DNA from: Candidatus Lokiarchaeum ossiferum
Lineage (GTDB): Archaea > Asgardarchaeota > Lokiarchaeia > Sigyniarchaeales > Promethearchaeaceae
DNA length: 32,000 bases
NCBI GenBank assembly: GCA_025839675.1
Contig: CP104013.1
Coordinates: 420,001-452,000 of the forward strand
Reading direction: 5' to 3'
Shown: piece by piece, positions 25,172-31,790 of the stretch
How the letters are laid out: each line of letters opens with the position of its first letter
Numbering within the stretch: the first letter of the stretch is position 1
Position numbers and translations under genes: made by a program
The notes under the pieces: model-generated
What the model was told of the DNA's origin: nothing
The model's input: only the letters and a program-made list of their open reading frames with translations
Database searches by the model: none

Positions 25172-25789
25172 ATGAAAATAATGAAACGAAAACCTTTAGA
25201 ATTACCTAAACAAATTGAAAAGATCCCATACTATTGTTCTGTATGTGCAATGACACATGTTGTCCAAATTCGGAAAGAAAATTTACAAGGAAAACACTTT
25301 CCCATTTCCTATGTATATATTCACGGAAATCCTCAACTAGCAACTGTTCTTTATATAGACAAAGATTTACAAGTCCGTGGATACGAAAATGTGAAAGGAA
25401 TTGGTATAAACTCAGATCAATTAGATGAAATTCTGCATGAATCCCGTTTTAATACCTTAAAAAGAATTCCACTATCATCCATCTTAGCCTTTCGCCTCTT
25501 TCAAAATGAAGATATAAAAAAAATGTATGTAAAAAAGGGGTTTGAAAATTCGATTAATTTTGATGCCATCTCAAACTTAATAAGCGATACTCAAAAAATA
25601 ACACATAATTTCGAAATGTGTAGCGATTTTTATATGAAATTCAATGATTATTGGATTGGAGCATTGCAATTATTGGATTTTCGATTTATTATGATTGTAT
25701 CTTCCGATATTGATGTGGATCATTTAAAGTTTCAAATTATGAATTTGTTTGAAATATTCTCTGCAAACTATAAAACTAAGGATGTATGA
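25172..25789 (+). CDS. Uncharacterised protein, paralog A (CX2CX3H-X21-H N-terminal module plus a C-terminal alpha/beta module)
   Basis: 205 aa. Aligns gap-free with the next gene. Conserved blocks are FP[IV]SY..[IV]HGNPQ, LYIDK...VRG, IGIN.DQL.EI, IKK.Y.K.GFE, WIG and ID[VI]DH.KFQ.M..FE. Confidence 0.6.
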   Translation: MKIMKRKPLELPKQIEKIPYYCSVCAMTHVVQIRKENLQGKHFPISYVYIHGNPQLATVLYIDKDLQVRGYENVKGIGINSDQLDEILHESRFNTLKRIPLSSILAFRLFQNEDIKKMYVKKGFENSINFDAISNLISDTQKITHNFEMCSDFYMKFNDYWIGALQLLDFRFIMIVSSDIDVDHLKFQIMNLFEIFSANYKTKDV

Positions 25790-25792
25790 GCC

Positions 25793-26377
25793 ATGGATGA
25801 TAAATTTAGTGTCTTAACAGAACAGATAATAGAAACAATGTTTTTTTGCAATAAATGTCAAGAAAATCATTGGGTGCAATTACCAAAATCTCTTTTTAAT
25901 ACGAAATCTTTTCCAGTTTCCTATGCTTTTGTACACGGAAATCCTCAGATCATCGCAATTTTATATATCGATAAAAATCATACAGTAAGGGGAGTTGAAT
26001 ATCCTAAGCAAATTGGAATTAATCGAGATCAATTATCTGAAATTATTGATAAAAGTAAAAGTCAAACTTTTTCTTCAATCCCAGAAGATTTAATCTATGC
26101 ATTCGAAGTGATTGCTGAAGATAAAATTAAAAAGATCTACTCAAAGCAGGGCTTTGAACAAATCGTTAACTTTTCAGCAATTAGAGAAATGATCACCCTT
26201 ACCCCAAATTTTGTTAAAACAAAAGAATCTTTCAGAGAATTCTTTATTAAATATAGCGATTGTTGGATTGGAGGAATGGAATTGTATGATCACTACTTTA
26301 CAATGGTAGTTGATGCATCAATTGATATTGATCATTTTAAATTTCAAATGATGGCAATGTTTGAATCTTTAATTTGA
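25793..26377 (+). CDS. Uncharacterised protein, paralog B of the preceding gene
   Basis: 194 aa with a 3-bp intergenic gap. 78 of 175 positions are identical to paralog A in my ungapped hand alignment starting at the first Cys. Confidence 0.6.
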   Translation: MDDKFSVLTEQIIETMFFCNKCQENHWVQLPKSLFNTKSFPVSYAFVHGNPQIIAILYIDKNHTVRGVEYPKQIGINRDQLSEIIDKSKSQTFSSIPEDLIYAFEVIAEDKIKKIYSKQGFEQIVNFSAIREMITLTPNFVKTKESFREFFIKYSDCWIGGMELYDHYFTMVVDASIDIDHFKFQMMAMFESLI

Positions 26378-26401
26378 AAGATTCAGAGAGACGAGTTTCA
26401 C

Positions 26402-27544
26402 ATGGGAACATATCATTATATTAATCTAACACATTTCACAGATCCTTTTGACTTTTTACCACTACTTTCTCAATTATCGGAATCAATTAAAAATCCTTTT
26501 GTAAAAATTAATAGAATAATTTTTTCCAATTTTGCCACAGCGCGACAATTTTTAGAACAAATATCAGATACCCCGTGGAAAACCCAAACTCAAGATATTA
26601 TTCCAAAATGCGACCAATGTAACACAGATTTGGATAAAAATATAGACGAAAATCAAGTCGAATCACAGATTTCAATAAAAGCACCCAAAATAATAACTTC
26701 TAATGAGAGTGCTTATGAAATTGAACGAGTTTTACGCATTTTCGGAGAATATCAATCTACAATTAAGACCGAAATATTATGTTCAGATACTTCTGAGGCG
26801 CTTGACACTATGAAATATTTTTTGCAAGATAAATTCCCCGATCTTTGTTTAACAACTCCCATTCGTTGCTCACTCGTTCATAATGAATTCGAAATCGATA
26901 CAACAAACAATAAAAAGACAAGAAAAAAAAATCGAAAGCCACCGGCACCCTTTCAAAGATTTCTAAAAATATCCGCCCCACACCTTTATCCAAATTCTAT
27001 TGGAAATGACTATTATGGGAATCCTGTGTTTTCTTCCTATCTCACTTTGTTTAATAATATGCTTTCACCTTCTCTTTCTGAAAATGCATCCTATACTGAA
27101 ATAGAACAGAAAATTGAGCAATTTGACCAAATTCCCCTTCCTCCTTCCCCTTTAAAATATTATGATCTGCAAACGAAGGAAGGAGAAATTGAATTGCGGT
27201 TTCAGACTTATTTACCCCTCCCATTGTTTATGGATTGGATGAATGTGCTAAAAAGAATAATAGATCAATTTGATCAATCCCTCGAAATGTTCCGATGTTC
27301 TCTGGTTTATGATCATTGGGAAACAGAACTAGAACAGAAATCGGCGAAATTGGATCGTTTCTTTTTCTCTTGGAACGATATAGAATTTGCTTATACCGAA
27401 AAAAATTATCTATTTTTATCTCAATTTTCTGCAAAACCAGGATCTGGCGCACTTTATCTCAAATTGACACCTTTCATTGAAGATTCCGATTTTCGAATTC
27501 AACTTCTCGAATCTGCTACTAAACAAAAACTTCAGCTCATGTAA
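26402..27544 (+). CDS. Hypothetical protein (380 aa), no recognisable family
   Basis: Long ORF co-oriented with a 24-bp gap in the cheY operon. Central basic/Pro-rich linker 'NNKKTRKKNRKPPAPFQRF' and 'IPLPPSPLKYY'. No TM segments or catalytic motifs recognised. Confidence 0.55.
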   Translation: MGTYHYINLTHFTDPFDFLPLLSQLSESIKNPFVKINRIIFSNFATARQFLEQISDTPWKTQTQDIIPKCDQCNTDLDKNIDENQVESQISIKAPKIITSNESAYEIERVLRIFGEYQSTIKTEILCSDTSEALDTMKYFLQDKFPDLCLTTPIRCSLVHNEFEIDTTNNKKTRKKNRKPPAPFQRFLKISAPHLYPNSIGNDYYGNPVFSSYLTLFNNMLSPSLSENASYTEIEQKIEQFDQIPLPPSPLKYYDLQTKEGEIELRFQTYLPLPLFMDWMNVLKRIIDQFDQSLEMFRCSLVYDHWETELEQKSAKLDRFFFSWNDIEFAYTEKNYLFLSQFSAKPGSGALYLKLTPFIEDSDFRIQLLESATKQKLQLM

Positions 27545-27582
27545 AAAATTTAAACGGTGACCCCTTTCCAATATCATATAAA

Positions 27583-29016
27583 ATGAGTTTAGAAGAAGAA
27601 AAACATAATCGGTTTAAAAAAGGACAAATGCTAATAAAAAAGGCTCAAAAGTTTATTTTAAAAAAGAGATATTCTAAAGCTCGCGAGTTATTGTATGAAG
27701 CGCAAGAAATTTTTGAATTTACTGAATCTTCACTTACTGAAGGTAAAGTTTTTGCTTCAATTGCTGAAACTTTTGAGATACAACACATGTGGGACAATGC
27801 ATTGAAATTTTATCAAAATGCACTAGAAAAACGAAAGATTGCAGGAAGTGTTATTTTATTATCGGAAACGCACCGTAAACTGGCAATAGTTCAAATGGAG
27901 TTAAAAAATTTTGAAATGGCCCATGCATCCGCTCAAAAATCGATTGATTTGGTAGAAAATCTTGAACATCCATTATCGAAAGCAGAAGCCTTTCATACCC
28001 AAGGGATAATTTATTTAAAGGAATTAGATTATGAAAGTGCTCTTTTTTATGAAAATTTTGCGTATGAAAATGTCCAGATACAACTATCATGGAATTTAGC
28101 CTTGGATATTTTTGAGAATTTAGCCTTTATCCACTATAATATTGGAGATTATTCCCAATCTAATATTTTTTGCAAGAAAGCCCTTGAAATGGAGCAAAAA
28201 CAGAGAAATTATGTTGTTATCAGCACTATTTTGGAATTGATGGCATTAAATTATCGACTCTTAGGTAAAATTGATCAAGCTTTAACATACATTAAAGATG
28301 CGCTTTCAATACAAGCCCATTTAAATCCAGATATAGCCTTAAAACAAAAAAACAAAATGAAATTAAATTACGCTACAATTCTTTTTGACTGTCACAAATT
28401 TTCAGAAGCAGAAATAATTGCTGAAGAACTTATTGAACAAGCGGAACTATCCCAAGATTCAGAACAATTAGTGCAAGGGTTACTCGTTATGGTCAAAATA
28501 ATTATGGCTTTACCAACTCATGAAGAATTTAGTAATACTAAACATTATTTAGAAGAAGCGAAGAAATTAGCTCATACTCTAAAAAATCAGGAATATTTAA
28601 CTGAAATTTATATATATTATGGTAGATATTATGATTTGTCTTCAGAAAGGCTTAAAGCGGAAGAAATGTATCAATTGGCGATCGATACCGCAATGATATC
28701 ACAATCAAAATTGAAAATTGGAGAGGCATTTGAACAATTTGGTTTATATTTTCACAAACATAAAAAAATGGAATTGGCTCATACCAACTTCAAGCAAGCG
28801 GTTCAATATTTGTCAAAGACACACAATAATATGGATTTAGCAGAAGCTCATTATAATTTAGCTTGTACTTGTTCAGTTTTACATTTAGGAGAAGATATTT
28901 TGACACATCTTTCCCAAGCAATCAATTTGGATCCAAAATACAAACAGATTGCCAAAATGGATGAAGATTTTACAGGAATTTCAACACAAGAAGTATTTCG
29001 CAATCTTGTTGAATAA
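27583..29016 (+). CDS. Tetratricopeptide-repeat (TPR) protein
   Basis: 477 aa, all-helical, with repeated 34-residue-type units carrying the A/Y/L pattern. Examples: 'AEAFHTQGIIYLKELDYESALFYENFA', 'LMALNYRLLGKIDQALTYIKDAL', 'AEAHYNLACTCSVLHLGEDILTHLSQAINLDP'. Confidence 0.8.
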   Translation: MSLEEEKHNRFKKGQMLIKKAQKFILKKRYSKARELLYEAQEIFEFTESSLTEGKVFASIAETFEIQHMWDNALKFYQNALEKRKIAGSVILLSETHRKLAIVQMELKNFEMAHASAQKSIDLVENLEHPLSKAEAFHTQGIIYLKELDYESALFYENFAYENVQIQLSWNLALDIFENLAFIHYNIGDYSQSNIFCKKALEMEQKQRNYVVISTILELMALNYRLLGKIDQALTYIKDALSIQAHLNPDIALKQKNKMKLNYATILFDCHKFSEAEIIAEELIEQAELSQDSEQLVQGLLVMVKIIMALPTHEEFSNTKHYLEEAKKLAHTLKNQEYLTEIYIYYGRYYDLSSERLKAEEMYQLAIDTAMISQSKLKIGEAFEQFGLYFHKHKKMELAHTNFKQAVQYLSKTHNNMDLAEAHYNLACTCSVLHLGEDILTHLSQAINLDPKYKQIAKMDEDFTGISTQEVFRNLVE

Positions 29017-29026
29017 ACTTTACTCA

Positions 29027-29036
29027 TTTTTTATTT
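29027..29036 (+). terminator. Oligo-T tract after the TPR gene, likely end of the cheY-to-TPR transcription unit
   Basis: TTTTTTATTT starts 11 nt after the TAA stop at 29014-29016. Confidence 0.35.
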
Positions 29037-29135
29037 ATAGATCCTACGTTGTAATTCATGCTATTAGTGAATTAATAAATTGGAAGACCGAAGCTAAAGC
29101 AATAAATACCGTTACTTTCAGAAGCTGTTCGAGAA

Positions 29136-29151
29136 AATTGGACGTCCAATT
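29136..29151. repeat. Perfect 16-bp palindrome AATTGGACGTCCAATT
   Basis: Read directly: AATTGGAC / GTCCAATT is self-complementary with no spacer. It is flanked by an unusually G+C-rich patch (tcgcgctgcgc) in otherwise A/T-rich noncoding DNA. Confidence 0.6.
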
Positions 29152-29195
29152 CGCGCTGCGCTTATTTTATTAACACATTATTAAAAACTATCTGA

Positions 29196-29546
29196 TTTTT
29201 GTCGGTTTTTCATATTTGTCACCCAAGAAAAACTTCCCATTTCTTCCAAAATCGAATCAAATCCAAGTTCCGACATTAATTAAAAATTGTGATATAATGA
29301 AGTTTTATGATATGTGGAAAATAGATAATTATTTTGTCGAATTAATTCTTGCGACTTAAACCGCTAGCTTTTAGTATTGATCTATTTTTGTCGAATATTG
29401 TCGAAGCTGGAGATCTTCACTTCCAAATTGCGGTAATTGTTCCTCGGTTTTTCACTTGGTCCCTTAAATATCCAACTATACTTTGATTATAATAGAATCA
29501 AAATCATGATATCCCAATCTTATACTCATCTGATTCCGATGTCGAA
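29196..29546 (+). repeat. Cluster of same-strand TTGTCGAA-type motifs in noncoding DNA
   Basis: Exact TGTCGAA at 29335-29341, 29389-29395, 29399-29405 and 29540-29546. The middle two form a 10-bp-period tandem, TTGTCGAATA|TTGTCGAAGC, at 29388-29407. Variant TTTTTGTCGG at 29196-29205. Three copies are preceded by a T-run. Confidence 0.6.
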
Positions 29547-29591
29547 GAGATTGATTAAAAAAATGTGAATAATTATCTTTGGAGATAGTAT

Positions 29592-29608
29592 GGGGATGTG
29601 TGATCCCC
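29592..29608 (+). other. G+C-rich hairpin GGGGAT-gtgtg-ATCCCC followed by TTTATT, about 37 nt upstream of the mini-ORF ATG
   Basis: Stem GGGGAT (29592-29597) pairs with ATCCCC (29603-29608) around a 5-nt loop, with a T-rich tail. It could be a leader structure or a terminator-like element. Confidence 0.35.
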
Positions 29609-29644
29609 TTTATTCCCATTGTTTAATGTGTGTGTGAAGCAAAA

Positions 29645-29944
29645 ATGTCAATGTATAGAAAGTATCTTTTAAAGAAAAACTTCTGGGCTCAACCCAAGAA
29701 GGACGGGAGCGATCCCAGCTGCTATGTGAAACATGATATACGAACAGGGGGAATTTATGCCTACGTTCAACATCGCGGAGTTAAAATCGTAGCCGATAAT
29801 AAATCTAAAGAATTTAGTAACTTTAATGAACTCGATCAATATTTAGATCAGCTTTCCATGTCTACTCGCGAAGATACCACTCAATTCATGCAAGTGTTAA
29901 ACCGTCGCAACTCGTCCAAAATGCTCCGAAAAATAACCATTTAA
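29645..29944 (+). CDS. Small hypothetical protein (about 99 aa) with atypically high G+C; coding status uncertain
   Basis: The ORF track starts at GTG 29630. ATG 29645 (MSMYRKYLLKK...) is more plausible. My hand count gives 57/120 G+C in 29681-29800 versus 12/60 in 30061-30120. No family recognised. Confidence 0.4.
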   Translation: MSMYRKYLLKKNFWAQPKKDGSDPSCYVKHDIRTGGIYAYVQHRGVKIVADNKSKEFSNFNELDQYLDQLSMSTREDTTQFMQVLNRRNSSKMLRKITI

Positions 29945-30045
29945 TCAATTGTAAACAAAACTCCGCTAAAAGAACTTAAGTAATCCTTACTTTTTTATTC
30001 CTAAGTTTTCAAATTTAATTAAACTCAAGAAGGTCACTGTTCTCT

Positions 30046-30888
30046 ATGAAACATATTTGGATTATCAATAAATTTTCATCTACAAATTTACTTTATCGGA
30101 ATTATTCTGATTTTAGTATCGATCCTGATTTGGTTAGTGGTTTATTGACTGCCTTAAACTCCTTTTCAGAAGTTGAACTTAAAGCTCATGGAATTTCCTC
30201 GATACATATGGGTGGTTTAAAGTGGGTATATTCAGATCAAAAAGAAATGCATCTAATGCTGATTGCTGCAGATAAAATTGAAGCTCAAACTGAAGTCCTT
30301 CGGGCTCGTTTAGAGGTAATCTTCAAAATGTTCATTGAGAAATATGGAATTATCCCTGAACAAATGGAAAAAACCTTAATTGATTCGGTCCGCTTTGATG
30401 ATTTTGCCGAAGAATTGGATTTATTAAAAGCCCAATGGATACAAGCAGAAGAAATAATCACAGGGGGAGCCGCAAAAATATTTGATCTTTTAGGCGTTTT
30501 TCAGCAGATCTACTCGGCTTTCAATAATATTATTCGACTTAACTTTTTCCAAGCAGATTACGATAATACGGTTATCGAAATAAAAATGATATTGGAAAAT
30601 ATGAAGGGAACCCCAGAATTCAAAAAATATCCCGAATTGTCAAAAATTAAATTTGATAAATATGGATGGGATGTAATTAACTTAAACCCAACGAATTTGG
30701 ATGAAAAAGTTCTGGCACGAATCTTAATTATGTTAACCCTCCATTTAAACAATATTCTTACAACGAAATTAAGTAGATCGTCAAAATATAATGCGTATTC
30801 CAAAGAAATCTTTCCATTATTGCTTGAAAAATATGATCTACTCGTTTCATTGGATATTTTGCATACTTTAATGCGAGTTTTTTTGTAG
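30046..30888 (+). CDS. Protein with an N-terminal longin/roadblock-like alpha-beta domain and a helical C-terminal region
   Basis: The first about 105 aa show a beta-beta-alpha-beta-beta-beta-alpha pattern: IWIINKFSSTNLLYRNY / DPDLVSGLLTALNSFSE / ISSIHMGGLKWVYSDQ / HLMLIAADK / EVLRARLEVIFKMFIEKYG. This is typical of archaeal longin/roadblock-like proteins. The fold call is from sequence pattern only. Confidence 0.5.
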   Translation: MKHIWIINKFSSTNLLYRNYSDFSIDPDLVSGLLTALNSFSEVELKAHGISSIHMGGLKWVYSDQKEMHLMLIAADKIEAQTEVLRARLEVIFKMFIEKYGIIPEQMEKTLIDSVRFDDFAEELDLLKAQWIQAEEIITGGAAKIFDLLGVFQQIYSAFNNIIRLNFFQADYDNTVIEIKMILENMKGTPEFKKYPELSKIKFDKYGWDVINLNPTNLDEKVLARILIMLTLHLNNILTTKLSRSSKYNAYSKEIFPLLLEKYDLLVSLDILHTLMRVFL

Positions 30889-31040
30889 AACGAAGATTCA
30901 AAATAAAAAATTCTGAAATTTCATGATTTGGTTTCCCAAACTAGTTTTTTTTTTTGAAAATTTCATGCAAATTTTATGGATTTTTCATGAATTTTTTTTT
31001 AACACTAAGGGATAAATTCCTTTTTGTGCAAAAATCACAT

Positions 31041-31772
31041 ATGAGTAGCATGCTAGATGGTTCCATAAAACTAGTAATATTCGAATTGGCATCGGAAGAA
31101 TTTGGAGTAGATATCCACAAAATTAATTCTACGGTCAGAATGCAAGAAATTATCAAAGTACCCAATGCAAATGCGTTTATTGAAGGTATTTTAGATTTTA
31201 GAGGTACACCTTTGCTCGTCATAGATCTTCGTAAGAAATTTGGACTGTCAACTGAGGCTAAAAACATAGAAAATATGCGAATTTTGATCATTGAGTTTCA
31301 ACCGCATAAAATCGGTTTTATAGTAAATGCAGTTACTGAGGTTAAACAAATCCCCTTTAATACCATAGAACCCGTTCCATCAAATATTTTAACTGATGAA
31401 CTAGAAGAAAAGTATTTGCTAGGGATAAGCAATTTAGAAAAAGGCGAGCGATTAATTTTAATGCTAGATCTAGCGAATATGTTTTCACCGCCAGAAATTG
31501 ATGAACTCAGTCGTCTACTCAATGATCAAGAGTTTTTGCAAAATTGTCTAAGAACTGGATTAGAAGAAATGAAAATCTATGATGAACAAACCGCCTCCAC
31601 ATTTGATCAAGAACATCGTAAAAAAATTGAATCTAAAATAGAATCAAATGATTCGAACAAAATAATTGAAGATAATATCTCAACTGAACGCAAAATTGTA
31701 CAAAAATTGGCAGTGAAAGAAATAGAAGACGAATTACAATTATCTATTAACTATAGCGACGAAGAAGAATAA
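31041..31772 (+). CDS. cheW: Chemotaxis coupling protein CheW with a long acidic C-terminal tail
   Basis: CheW-domain pattern 'LVIFELASEEFGVDIHKINSTVRMQEIIKVPNANAFIEGILDFRGTPLLVIDLRKKFGL ... ILIIEF..HKIGFIVNAVTEV'. The ATG at 31041 (MSSMLDG...) is preferred over the TTG at 30954. About 100 residues of E/D/K/S-rich tail follow the domain. Confidence 0.85.
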   Translation: MSSMLDGSIKLVIFELASEEFGVDIHKINSTVRMQEIIKVPNANAFIEGILDFRGTPLLVIDLRKKFGLSTEAKNIENMRILIIEFQPHKIGFIVNAVTEVKQIPFNTIEPVPSNILTDELEEKYLLGISNLEKGERLILMLDLANMFSPPEIDELSRLLNDQEFLQNCLRTGLEEMKIYDEQTASTFDQEHRKKIESKIESNDSNKIIEDNISTERKIVQKLAVKEIEDELQLSINYSDEEE

Positions 31773-31790
31773 GACAATGAGGTACCTGAA

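Noticed and set aside
29080-29170. G+C-rich patch examined as a possible tRNA or other small structured RNA (contains GTTCGAG, reminiscent of a T-loop)
   Set aside because: I could not fold a cloverleaf: no acceptor-stem complementarity and no 5-bp T-stem flanking the loop. The patch is better described as a palindrome-containing regulatory or terminator region.
29196-29546. The TTGTCGAA repeat cluster as a CRISPR array or as a replication origin (ORB elements)
   Set aside because: The repeats are only 7-10 bp, irregularly spaced and lack uniform spacers, so this is not CRISPR. No orc1/cdc6 gene is adjacent and the motif does not resemble ORB or mini-ORB consensus sequences I know. An origin is not claimed, though it is not formally excluded.
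29660-29800. Faint resemblance of 'CCAAGAAGGACGGGAGCGAUCCCAGC' to the SRP RNA helix-8 region
   Set aside because: Only a few nucleotides match the GGAAG/AGCA motif. There is no extended roughly 300-nt G+C-rich helix-rich element, and the stretch maintains a 99-codon ORF. It is kept only as the coding-versus-RNA caveat in the finding.
30954-31040. N-terminal 29-codon extension of cheW from TTG 30954 (MKISCKFYGFFMNFFLTLRDKFLFVQKSH)
   Set aside because: The extension is encoded by T-tract terminator- or promoter-like sequence and is hydrophobic junk-like. CheW homologs start a few residues before the 'LV.F....e.yg' strand, which matches ATG 31041.
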